A stretch of DNA of 63,934 nucleotides, filler included, from an uncultured Myxococcia bacterium (GTDB lineage Bacteria; CAZTWC01), in NCBI GenBank assembly GCA_964617105.1. It is 3 parts of 3 records of this genome, joined end to end, with 100 filler letters (N's around TTAATTAATTAA, not from the genome) between each part and the next. Parts side by side here need not be neighbours in the genome. Positions count along the whole stretch, not along the records: positions 53,041 to 63,934 come from CAZTWC010000107.1; 2 more parts are not named here. One strand, written 5' to 3'. Numbering within the stretch: the stretch's first letter is position 1; every line of letters starts with the position of its first letter. Position numbers and translations under genes: made by a program. Under the pieces are notes generated by a model. The model saw only the letters and a list, made by a program, of their open reading frames with translations. It ran no database searches and was not told the DNA's origin. Shown in pieces: positions 53,041-61,667 of the stretch.

Positions 53041-53356
53041 ATATTACTGGTCGAGAGCATAGTTCTCGTGCATCTTCAAATCCGGAACATCCGTTTGATG
53101 GTCCCGATCCGGGAAAGTTTAAGAAAAGTTGTTTGAATTCAACGAGTTCCTTTTTGCGCAAAATGACATAATCAATCCCCTCGACAAATTCATCTTTCCA
53201 TTCACCGGTAATTTTAGACACCAGCCGTTTACCCAGATTGCTGTAACCTAAAATCTTCCCTACTTCTTTGCCGATCCAACACGGTAGTCCCTGGTAATAA
53301 ATTGTGGAGATAAGATTGCCATTAAACTCATTGGTTAACTGAACAAAATCGGTCAT
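53041..53356 (-). CDS. BRO-N/antirepressor-like protein, 3'-partial
   Basis: FNGNLISTI..G.PCWIGKEVGKILGYS...EFVEGIDY. Confidence 0.65.
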
Positions 53357-53433
53357 AATTTATCCCTTTCTGATGTTTATTTAAAAATTCCTAAAATTTT
53401 CCTGAAATATTTCCCAATATTCGCTTCAAAATT

Positions 53434-54261
53434 CTATTTGACCGCCATTAAAACACAGCGGCAGAGCGGGTGACTGGGCGGTGGCTCAACCTTATCTGTT
53501 CTGTACACCTGGCCATGTTTGGAAGCACACCCAGGACAAGTCCTCCGGTCAAGCGCCGCCCACCACTGAACTTTTTTAACCCCTGCCTCTTTGTAAAACG
53601 CCACCCGGCCGGCATTGTGAGCACGGTTAATCTCGGTCCGGCATATCAGCCTCAATCTCTGCTGCGTGCTTTTAAATACAGTTTTGCCAGCTTTTTTAAA
53701 ATTTTTATCATCGATTACTTTGCCAATTTCCCTGACCATCTCGGGGGTGCTTTTGCCAGATACAATCCCTGCGGCAATTCTGGTTTTAATCTCATACTGT
53801 AATTGCTCCGAAAGACTGCCCATAAGTTGCATCCGGTATTTGATAAAAAAATCAAGCGCATCTTTGTCAATAGTGGTAAAAACAATATCCACAAGAGCAT
53901 TTGCTTCACCTGCTTTTACGGCAGCGTAGTCAGGGATTTTTAGATATTTCAAATCAGAAACTCCTTCAAGCATCCCCTGCCTGAAGGCTTGCCGGGTATG
54001 ATCAGGTGCCGTACCTGTCAAATCTCTTTCCAATGCGCTGGCAATCCTGTCAATCGCTCCTTTGAGCGTGGCCATTTGCGCCAGCCTTGCTGCCTGACCT
54101 TGCGACAATGGCGCTGCCTCCTCAAAAGTATAGATTTCCTCTTTTACTTGACGGGCAGCCATCCTAAGAACTCTTTCCAACTCCTTTACCTGCCTGGTTT
54201 CAAGCCGATCATGTTTGGAACTAATCCTTTTTCCAACTGATTTGAATGCCTGGCTGTCCAT
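53434..54261 (-). CDS. Phage head morphogenesis / minor capsid protein (SPP1 gp7 / Mu gpF family)
   Basis: RLICRTEINRAHNAG, WWAALDRRTCPGC...HG, PPSHPLCRC. Confidence 0.93.
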   Translation of the reverse strand: MDSQAFKSVGKRISSKHDRLETRQVKELERVLRMAARQVKEEIYTFEEAAPLSQGQAARLAQMATLKGAIDRIASALERDLTGTAPDHTRQAFRQGMLEGVSDLKYLKIPDYAAVKAGEANALVDIVFTTIDKDALDFFIKYRMQLMGSLSEQLQYEIKTRIAAGIVSGKSTPEMVREIGKVIDDKNFKKAGKTVFKSTQQRLRLICRTEINRAHNAGRVAFYKEAGVKKVQWWAALDRRTCPGCASKHGQVYRTDKVEPPPSHPLCRCVLMAVK

Positions 54262-55602
54262 TTAACAACTCCCATAAATTTGTTCTGTTGCCGCAGCCTC
54301 CGGTTCCCTTTCTCCATTATCTTTCAATCCAAGCATATGCCTGGCCTCATTTGGCGTCATCACATCCAGGGAGATCAGTTTAACCAAATCATCCACACTA
54401 AAATTGTTGTCAGTAACAGTTTTTTCCTGCTCTTTATTGGCATTTTCCAGGGCAGGATCAAGCCCCATCTTGCCCTGCAGAGTTTTTTGGGATATAAGCC
54501 CCCGGTCATACATCTCCAAAAATATTTTTTTAATGTCAGTCTCGTTGTGCAAATCAAGGTCATTGAACTGATAGGCAATTTTTTTATCTTCATTACCCTT
54601 CATCTGCTGCCAGGCATAAAAAACAAAATCCAGAATATCCCGGGCAGCCTGCTTAATTTCCTTCAACTGGACGATAAATTTCTGCAATGAAATAGATGCA
54701 GTGGCATAATTTGGGCCATCCCCGGTAATAAGACTTCTGGACATACCCATTGCTACCAGGATATCTTCCTTTATCTGTTTGACCTTCTCGTTAGTATCCA
54801 AAGTATGGCCATCTGTTCCGTGGGTCTCGACAGTCACATAGTTCGGCACCACAGCCCCGGCCTGCAAATCCATGCTGTTTAGCACATTGCGTAAATCTTC
54901 AATCTCCCGCTTATCAGGCATAATGTATTTTTTTCCAAACACACCGCCCACCTTGATTAGCCTTAGCGGCGTTGTCCACCGCCTGGCTATCGCTCGCTCA
55001 GCCCGCCTGTAATCACGCAATAGTTCAATAGACTCAAAAGCAGGCAGCACCATCGAGTTACCCCTTTGGGAATACTGCGGGCAGTTCCACTTATAATGAA
55101 TAATTTTCTCCAGCGGCAGGGATATTTCATCAGTTGCCGATGCTCCCTGAGCATTCTTTGCTTTTTGCACCGCTTCAATCAGTTTGCCGCTTTTATACTG
55201 CAGATTCACAGTAGTTGGGTTCACGCATATCACCCGGCCAATATCATCTTTGGCAGTTGTGCGCTCAAAATAGCCAATCGCATCACCTTTTACCAAAAGT
55301 TGAAGCACCATATCTTTGACAAAACGGTTTAAATTCTGCCGGTTATAAAATTTTCGGGCATCTTGTTCAACCTCAGAATCCTCGCAGGTAACCTTGATTT
55401 CATCACCTAAAGCAAACACCCGCCAGCAGTTGATAATGTTCGATATCAGCGGCTCTTCACAATAATATTGCCAAGCCTGCCCGGCTTTTTCATGCCAATT
55501 GTCAGGGACAGCGTCTTTAGCTGTATATGCCTTGAAAACACTGGTGTCAAGGGCTGCAGCAGCCATTTGTCCCCGGGTGATTAGATTGCCGTTGATTTCC
55601 AT
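54262..55602 (-). CDS. Phage portal protein
   Basis: Position between terminase and head morphogenesis genes; LLVKGDA, IIHYK..RGNS, GDGPNYATA, MTPNEARHMLGL. Confidence 0.85.
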   Translation of the reverse strand: MEINGNLITRGQMAAAALDTSVFKAYTAKDAVPDNWHEKAGQAWQYYCEEPLISNIINCWRVFALGDEIKVTCEDSEVEQDARKFYNRQNLNRFVKDMVLQLLVKGDAIGYFERTTAKDDIGRVICVNPTTVNLQYKSGKLIEAVQKAKNAQGASATDEISLPLEKIIHYKWNCPQYSQRGNSMVLPAFESIELLRDYRRAERAIARRWTTPLRLIKVGGVFGKKYIMPDKREIEDLRNVLNSMDLQAGAVVPNYVTVETHGTDGHTLDTNEKVKQIKEDILVAMGMSRSLITGDGPNYATASISLQKFIVQLKEIKQAARDILDFVFYAWQQMKGNEDKKIAYQFNDLDLHNETDIKKIFLEMYDRGLISQKTLQGKMGLDPALENANKEQEKTVTDNNFSVDDLVKLISLDVMTPNEARHMLGLKDNGEREPEAAATEQIYGSC

Positions 55603-55620
55603 TAGTTCCCCTCTTTGGTG

Positions 55621-57156
55621 TTAAATGAATATTGGGTCTGTTATCGCAAAAGGCATTTTGATAATAAGTTCCATTGGCTCTATTTCATTGAGCCTCTCCA
55701 TGTCCCGGGCCATAAAGGCAACCCTCACAGCATCAATTATATGGTCCCGGCCTTTGCGGTAGATAATCCCATTGGCAGTAACATTATAGGTATGGCTGAT
55801 AAACTGATCTTCCAGTTCAATATCATCTGATGGAAACTCCACCTTTTTCCGTGACAGCGCTGAGTTGATAAGCGATGTCATATACTCTTTGGTGCGCTTT
55901 TTTAACGGCTTGTCACCGTTATAGCCAACTGTTGTCATACCGCCAAAATCAATACCATAGAGTCTTTCTCGCAAATCATTGGCCCTGAATTTATCCAGTG
56001 TAAGCAACTCCTGGACAACCGCCATACCATTGCCGCCATTGTCAATCCCCAGTGCCTCCGGCTTATACGCCATATCCATGGTAGCGATGATATCTGCTAA
56101 AATGGGATAGGAAACATGTTCTGTATGAACCCGGAGTTTTAACCGCAAAACCCCATCTATCTCTTCAAAAAGCACTATTTCAGATGGGTCGGCAGTATAG
56201 CCAAGGTCAGCCCCCAGATAGTAAATACCTTTGCATTTGGGTAGATTCAAAATATCAGAAACCCGGTTTTGGATCTCTTCTTCACAGTTGCAACTATCAA
56301 ATGCTTCGGAGGTAATTACTATTTTCCAGTAATCCTGAATATCGATAAGACAGCGCATAAACTGTTCGGCATTAAATACATTATAGGCTGGCCGGCCATG
56401 CTCGCCCGCTATCTCATGCTGCCAGTCCGGATTGTCTCTGCCGCCGTAAAACTCAAGAAGTTCCCTTTCCCGCTTTTTACTCCAGAGCGGGCTTATCCAA
56501 CTTGGCCAGTGGAATTTTGTCCAGCCCGGTATCTTGGTAGTTAGTTTGTAATAATAAGTGTCCCGAACACCGTTGGGAGTAGAGTAAATTCGCATTTTTC
56601 CTTTGGGTAAAAGACACATTCTGAGTGCTTTCCAGGCTCTGTCGGGAATATAAGCCGCCTCGTCAACATATAGTCTCATCACATGCAGCGACCGCACCGC
56701 CTTGCCATCAGGCCCGGCTGATCTAAAATGCAATACTGTTCCGTTGGAAAACTCGATGCGATAGTAAGGTTTGCGGATAATTTTAAGGTTGCCGGTCTTG
56801 GTCTTGGCAATACTGGCCATCAGGTCTTCAACATTCTCCAGTTGAAACTCCAATTCATCTATCAGAGTGTCCAAGTGACCCTGGTAGGGCGCCACTATCA
56901 GGGCTGACCCACCCATGGTGATAAAAGCATAGTGAAGAACATGGGTGACAAGAGATACGCTTTTGCCCGTCTCCCTTCCATCCTGGTGGACAATATACTC
57001 GTCCTGGCAGCGCAGGTCTTCTCTCTGGTGCTTCCAGTATTTACGGCTTTTACAGTTTCGGTTTTTGAGGTAAAACTCCGCCCACTTAACTGGATCACTT
57101 ATGATCGCCATGATTTTCTCTTTGTCCATCTTGCAAATACTTTTTAAAGCAGCCAT
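55621..57156 (-). CDS. terL: Terminase large subunit
   Basis: Walker A GRETGKS, Walker B LYVDEAA, STPNG coupling motif, nuclease LGADLG and DHIIDA; AAGGAG RBS. Confidence 0.9.
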   Translation of the reverse strand: MAALKSICKMDKEKIMAIISDPVKWAEFYLKNRNCKSRKYWKHQREDLRCQDEYIVHQDGRETGKSVSLVTHVLHYAFITMGGSALIVAPYQGHLDTLIDELEFQLENVEDLMASIAKTKTGNLKIIRKPYYRIEFSNGTVLHFRSAGPDGKAVRSLHVMRLYVDEAAYIPDRAWKALRMCLLPKGKMRIYSTPNGVRDTYYYKLTTKIPGWTKFHWPSWISPLWSKKRERELLEFYGGRDNPDWQHEIAGEHGRPAYNVFNAEQFMRCLIDIQDYWKIVITSEAFDSCNCEEEIQNRVSDILNLPKCKGIYYLGADLGYTADPSEIVLFEEIDGVLRLKLRVHTEHVSYPILADIIATMDMAYKPEALGIDNGGNGMAVVQELLTLDKFRANDLRERLYGIDFGGMTTVGYNGDKPLKKRTKEYMTSLINSALSRKKVEFPSDDIELEDQFISHTYNVTANGIIYRKGRDHIIDAVRVAFMARDMERLNEIEPMELIIKMPFAITDPIFI

Positions 57157-57194
57157 CAGCACTCCTTAAGATTTATCCATTTATCTGCATATTG

Positions 57195-57225
57195 CTTGAC
57201 TTCTTCTCAAATGGAAGCAAGCATG
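57195..57225 (+). promoter_or_regulatory. Conserved promoter-like motif CTTGACTTC-N11-AAGCAAGCATG
   Basis: Second copy with identical spacing at 57742-57772; TTGACT -35-like hexamer. Confidence 0.65.
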
Positions 57226-57271
57226 CCATTGGTAGTTGGCAATAATGTCTTGAACTTATTGGAGGAAGATT

Positions 57272-57613
57272 ATGATTGAAGTAAAAACTCTCAAAGACGC
57301 TGTTCCCGAATACATGGCCTATCTGGAATCCCAGGGGAAAAAGAAAAGCACCCAATACACCGTCAATTTGAACCTCAATTTGATGGTCAAACACTTTGGT
57401 GAGGAGAAAGAACTTGGTAAAATGTTGGCTACCCATGTGGCTAGTTTTTTCAATAGCGAATTGGCTACCAAGGTTAATGGCCGACCAAGGAGCGATGCTA
57501 CCAAATTGCAAATCAGACGTATCGCCAGACAATTTCTGGTCTGGGCAAATAAAGAGGGTTTGATAAACTCTATCCCCCTTCCCAATGATGAAAAACGATT
57601 TATTAAAAACTGA
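57272..57613 (+). CDS. Stand-alone phage integrase N-terminal SAM-like (core-binding) protein
   Basis: TLKDAVPEYMAYLESQGKKKSTQYT...HVASFFNS...RSDAT...RQFLVWA..EG; GGAGG RBS; no catalytic domain. Confidence 0.65.
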   Translation: MIEVKTLKDAVPEYMAYLESQGKKKSTQYTVNLNLNLMVKHFGEEKELGKMLATHVASFFNSELATKVNGRPRSDATKLQIRRIARQFLVWANKEGLINSIPLPNDEKRFIKN

Positions 57614-57741
57614 TTGAAAAGATTGATCCTGCCCATTTTTTAGTGAAGCAGAATATATATTCGCTTCAATCACAGGCGTCGGGCATCTTCCGGCGCCTTT
57701 CTTCGTTCCAGATAAAGTGGTTGATATTGCAGCACTATTGA

Positions 57742-57772
57742 CTTGACTTCCATTAGAAGCCAAGCAAACATG
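57742..57772 (+). promoter_or_regulatory. Conserved promoter-like motif CTTGACTTC-N11-AAGCAAACATG
   Basis: Matches 57195-57225 in both blocks and spacing; lies upstream of the recombinase gene. Confidence 0.65.
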
Positions 57773-57856
57773 AGGATAGAAGGTCGCAGATGACAGGTAC
57801 AGGCCAAGAGAGAAAATAAGCAGGCTGGCAATAGTATTCAAGGGAGAGAGGTAAAA

Positions 57857-58741
57857 ATGCAAATTTCTGAATCTATCGAAAAGTTTCTGACCACCCAGGC
57901 AGCATCCAATAAAAGCGAACTTACCATTGATGTCTACAGGCGGGAGTTTGGCAGGCTTACCACTTTTACCGGGGATATTGATATTACCGGTTTTACCCCT
58001 GACATTATCAACAACTTCATCCTCTCTGATCTGGCTCAAAAAACTCCCACCGGCCGGATGCGCTCTGAGATTACCATCTCCAGGCTGAAAGCGTGTCTGC
58101 GCTCCTTTGGCAACTTTCTGGTCGACCATGATATTTTTGCGAAAAACCCGGCCCGGGGCCTTGCCATCAAGAGAACTGTCAGGCAAGAGCCCACTTTTCT
58201 GAGTGCTGATGAAAGAAAACTTTTGATTAAAGTTATCACCAGGCAGCGAGGGGAGATGGCTGAACGGGACCGGGTTATTTTTGAACTCTTTTTGGGAACC
58301 GGCATCCGGCTCTCTGAACTTGTCAATCTCAATATTTGTGATGTCAGGCTGGATGATAAAAAAATCACTATCAAAGCCAAGGGAGGAAGGAGTGAAAGCC
58401 GGTTTATCAATAGCCATTTGCGCAGGCTTTTGAAAAACTGGCTGAGAAAGAGAAGGGATATGGTATCGGCAAGTAAAGCGTTTTTTCTGTCCAACCGAGG
58501 CTCCCGCATTACCAGAAGGCAGGTGCAGCGCCGGTTTAGTCAGTGGGTTGATGCTGCAGGCATTACTAAAAAACTCACCGTCCACTCCCTGCGCCATACT
58601 TTTGCCTCCAGCCTGTATGGCAGAACCAGAAACCTTATCCTCGTATCCAAAGCCCTTGGCCATCGCCAGGTTGCCACTACCCAGGTCTACACCCATCTTT
58701 TTGACCACGAACTGGAAGATGCTATCGAGGACATGGCATAG
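57857..58741 (+). CDS. XerC/D-like tyrosine recombinase
   Basis: TGIRLSEL, KGG, HSLRHTFAS, LGH...TTQVYTH (R-K-H-R-H-Y catalytic set). Confidence 0.95.
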   Translation: MQISESIEKFLTTQAASNKSELTIDVYRREFGRLTTFTGDIDITGFTPDIINNFILSDLAQKTPTGRMRSEITISRLKACLRSFGNFLVDHDIFAKNPARGLAIKRTVRQEPTFLSADERKLLIKVITRQRGEMAERDRVIFELFLGTGIRLSELVNLNICDVRLDDKKITIKAKGGRSESRFINSHLRRLLKNWLRKRRDMVSASKAFFLSNRGSRITRRQVQRRFSQWVDAAGITKKLTVHSLRHTFASSLYGRTRNLILVSKALGHRQVATTQVYTHLFDHELEDAIEDMA

Positions 58742-58878
58742 GGACAAAGTTGAAAAGCCAAGAGCAGCCATCCTGCCTTTGATAGTATTTGCCAACTTTT
58801 TATCATTTGTCATTTTTGCCATTTTTTTACTCAATCCAGTGTCAATCGTGAGAAATTTTTACCAAAGTCGCTTCAATA

Positions 58879-58908
58879 AAGGTCGCAGAAGTTATCATCT
58901 GTGACCTT
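58879..58908. promoter_or_regulatory. Putative tyrosine-recombinase core site (11-bp arms, 8-bp spacer)
   Basis: aaggtcgcaga-agttatca-tctgtgacctt, arms 10/11 complementary; extra half-sites at 57780 and 58964. Confidence 0.55.
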
Positions 58909-59106
58909 CTTAAAAATCTGACTGTCGTGATCATGCATAGTTACAAAATCCTTCCCAACGACATCTGTGACCTTTTTTTGCCGTTTTCGGCGAAATCATA
59001 GCCTTTACCCAATTCTGTCAAAGTGAATCCAGTATCTTGAAAATCATCCCACCCTTGATTTAAGCAGGGATTAGTGGTATCTTTATAATTAAAGGGAGGT
59101 GTCAAA

Positions 59107-59334
59107 ATGAGCGTTACAGCCAGAAAAAATGAAGTGGCAATAGCACATGCCCAAGTATTTATTACTGCCTTTCGTGCACTCAACTCTGATATCAGGCAGG
59201 AGATAATTTCTGAACTTTTAAACGATGAAGATTTACGTGATGACATCGAATCTGCTCTTTTATGGGAAGATAGAAAAAGTGAACCTAGCCGTTCTTTTCG
59301 TGAATACCTGACTGAATATGAAGCCACCCTCTGA
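59107..59334 (+). CDS. Putative antitoxin (RelB-like, acidic)
   Basis: AQVFITAFRAL...LLNDEDLRDD...RKSEPSRSFREYL; GGAGG RBS and TATAAT upstream. Confidence 0.6.
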   Translation: MSVTARKNEVAIAHAQVFITAFRALNSDIRQEIISELLNDEDLRDDIESALLWEDRKSEPSRSFREYLTEYEATL

Positions 59335-59403
59335 TCGCACACTAAATTTTTCCTATTCCAAATCGCCTGAAAAAGAGTTACTATTGTCTTAGGAGGTTTA
59401 AAC

Positions 59404-59634
59404 ATGGCAGTTACAGCACCATCAAAAAAAGTAGAAGCCATCTTTGGCCAGATTCTCCAGTTGGATGAAGATTCCCTCTGGAGACTGGTCTGCAAACTCT
59501 TCCCAAATAGTGACGAAGAGGATCTGGAGGATATTTTTGACTCCATTCTATCTTCCATGCGCAGCCAGGGGCCTCGAATACCGGCGGATAATGTTTTTAC
59601 TATAGAAGACTCTAGGCGAGGCATTACCCGTTGA
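59404..59634 (+). CDS. Putative antitoxin, cognate to downstream RelE
   Basis: Small acidic protein, AGGAGG RBS, TTGA overlap with toxin start. Confidence 0.65.
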   Translation: MAVTAPSKKVEAIFGQILQLDEDSLWRLVCKLFPNSDEEDLEDIFDSILSSMRSQGPRIPADNVFTIEDSRRGITR

Positions 59635-59892
59635 AATACTCCATCGCTTTTCATCCCACCGCTCAAAAAAATCTGGAGAAACTTTCCAGCGAATACTACG
59701 AGAAAGTCCGAGAAAAAATTTATGCCCTTCAAGAAGACCCCCGCCCAACCGGTGTAACCAAACTGAAAGGGAGAAAAATTTCTTGGAGAATACGAATCGG
59801 TACNNNNNNNNNNGGTTGTCTTTTGCATCGATGATACTGCTCAGGAAGTTTACATCACCTCCATTGGACACCGCCGGCAGGTTTATCGTTAA
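59631..59892 (+). CDS. relE: RelE/ParE family toxin (10-N gap inside)
   Basis: AQKNLEKL...IYALQEDPRPTGVTKLKG...WRIRIG[N gap]VVFCIDD...IGHRRQVYR*. Confidence 0.88.
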
Positions 59893-59900
59893 TCCTGCTG

Positions 59901-60485
59901 TCATTTTTTTACCCCACGTTTATCCAATTTCTTTTTCCCAATCTCCCGTTTCTTACACTCTGCCATCAAACTGGCCGCCCAGTCCGCCGGACTGCTAATC
60001 TTGATTTCTGTTCCCTCCCGTTTCTCTCGGGTGATTTTCAGGCAATTCAGGTTTTTCCTCATCAGCCGGTCGTAGATGGCTGACATATCCAGCATGTTGT
60101 CCCTGACTGCCTTTTGCCACTGGACAAAATAGTAGGCCGCCATCTGCGCCTGCATCTGGTCCGAAGAACCGTTGAGCCTGAAATCACGCTCGATGCTGTC
60201 CAGGGTGTTGTCCAGCAAAGCCTGCTCCTCGGGGTCTTTTAGATGCAAAGCCAAAATGCCTGTGCGCCATGGGTTTTGTATGTTGCCCACATTTTTCATC
60301 CTGATTTTTCGCTCCCCGTAATGACTCCAACAGTATTTTTTTCCCAACACTGCTGGGTTTGTACATGGTTTTCCTCGAAGGGTTGTTGCTTCACACTGTT
60401 TTGCTTTCTCGTTAAATGGCAAATCAATTCTCTTTCCTGTTTTAATAGTCCTGAGATTTGCGCCCAGCTTGAGAAATCCACACAC
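59901..60485 (-). CDS. Putative terminase small subunit-like protein (HGGxSTG-type N-terminal Zn motif)
   Basis: CEATTLRGKPCTNPAV.GKKYCWSHYG, GN.NPWRTG, helical C-terminus; same strand as and upstream of terL. Confidence 0.5.
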   Translation of the reverse strand: MCGFLKLGANLRTIKTGKRIDLPFNEKAKQCEATTLRGKPCTNPAVLGKKYCWSHYGERKIRMKNVGNIQNPWRTGILALHLKDPEEQALLDNTLDSIERDFRLNGSSDQMQAQMAAYYFVQWQKAVRDNMLDMSAIYDRLMRKNLNCLKITREKREGTEIKISSPADWAASLMAECKKREIGKKKLDKRGVKK

Positions 60486-60719
60486 CTATGTGCTTTTCTA
60501 ACTGCAATTATATCAAACCGAACTGTCCAAACCCCCTCTCTGAGCGCAACAGAATACAGCATTATTGCAATGGGCAAAAACACTAAACATTTCGCGTAAT
60601 TACAAAGGGGCATATTTGGGGCCAAGGCATTTTTGAAACGATTTTCAGAACGCCACCTGATTGTTGTTAAAAAAGCCCAATGATTACGCCAAGATAACTT
60701 TTTCACACTATTGACACCG

Positions 60720-60986
60720 CTAAACATGATTGGGATACCTTTCACGAAAAGCCTGCAGCAGTTGAAAAATACGGCGTTCAGTCAATCCCATTCGCAGAGC
60801 AATCGCCTTTGTTGACAAACCCTCTTCGTAATGCAGATAACCTACAAATTTACATCGTTGGATTACTTTTTCTGTCTTGCCGGTTGAAATATAAATATAC
60901 ATCCCACCCAGACCCATAGCCCGGATTGTTTTTATCATCTCTGCCGGTAAAACTTCTTCAGCCTTTCTGCTTCTGGTGTTCTTCAT
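60720..60986 (-). CDS. Small HTH regulator (Mor/late-activator-like)
   Basis: AEEVLPAEMI...YIYI...GLSTKAIALRMGLTERRIFQLL. Confidence 0.65.
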   Translation of the reverse strand: MKNTRSRKAEEVLPAEMIKTIRAMGLGGMYIYISTGKTEKVIQRCKFVGYLHYEEGLSTKAIALRMGLTERRIFQLLQAFRERYPNHV

Positions 60987-61303
60987 GACCGCTCCTTAAA
61001 AGTTGGTAATTGATAGACCTTTTGAAAATCGGTTGCCCTTGCTTTCAACTCCTTGATGAACTTGATTACTTCAGCCTTATTTTCGCTCATCGATTCGTAA
61101 AATTTACACCTGACCTTCCTCCTTTCAAAAACCCGGTGGGCATCATAATATTTTTCATCTCCTAACAAATACCGCCACCTTCCTTTGGTGCACTTCACTT
61201 TGAAAACAAATTGAGTTCCCTCCTCATTGTAACTTCTAAAACGTTTACAGAACGCGCAGTCGGCGCAGTAAATGTGTCCGTTATTAGATTTTGAGTTACT
61301 CAT
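60983..61303 (-). CDS. Hypothetical Cys-containing phage protein
   Basis: IYCADCAFC...VKC..C; coupled to both neighbours. Confidence 0.6.
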   Translation of the reverse strand: MSNSKSNNGHIYCADCAFCKRFRSYNEEGTQFVFKVKCTKGRWRYLLGDEKYYDAHRVFERRKVRCKFYESMSENKAEVIKFIKELKARATDFQKVYQLPTFKERS

Positions 61304-61643
61304 CTTCAGTCTCCTCCTCTTCTGAGCCAAATATCTCAAACAACTCTTCTAAAAACCCTAAAAACTCTTCGAGAAACATTGCGGCCACAGGCTCTTGTCC
61401 AGGCCGCTGGCAAATAGCCATCACTGGACGTGGTAGATCACAGTTGTACCGGGCGAAATCTAAAGTATCTTCCAGAGATGCTAATTCACCGTAGGCTGAC
61501 TCAGCCCAAAAATACGGCATCTCGATAGTGGGGCCGGGGCTACCAAAAATCTCTCCTTCGCCAACAGCCACCTCCCCAGGGCCGAAAAGTTCTTCAAGTT
61601 GGATTGTAATCATTTTTTCCCATTGCCGGTTTCGCTTTGCCAT
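61296..61643 (-). CDS. Hypothetical acidic phage protein
   Basis: GGAG RBS, coupled to next gene; P.RPVMAICQRPGQEPVAAMFLEEF resembles the C-terminus of phage Holliday-junction-resolvase-like proteins. Confidence 0.55.
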   Translation of the reverse strand: MAKRNRQWEKMITIQLEELFGPGEVAVGEGEIFGSPGPTIEMPYFWAESAYGELASLEDTLDFARYNCDLPRPVMAICQRPGQEPVAAMFLEEFLGFLEELFEIFGSEEEETEDE

Positions 61644-61667
61644 GAAACTCTCTCCCTTTTGCTGCAG

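Noticed and set aside
57173-58834. 553-aa antisense ORF spanning the recombinase cassette and ending just before the terL RBS
   Set aside because: It is codon-in-register with both + strand genes, the classic shadow frame, and has no recognisable motifs.
59804-59813. Apparent frameshift in relE
   Set aside because: Caused by a 10-N placeholder gap of arbitrary length.
58941-59828. 295-aa minus-strand ORF over the TA genes
   Set aside because: Antisense shadow crossing an N gap; the + strand genes have RBSs and family motifs.
57857-59892. Integron (integrase followed by small cassette-like genes)
   Set aside because: No IntI-specific insertion, genes are co-oriented downstream of the recombinase, and no attC-like GTTRRRY/RYYYAAC hairpins were seen between them.
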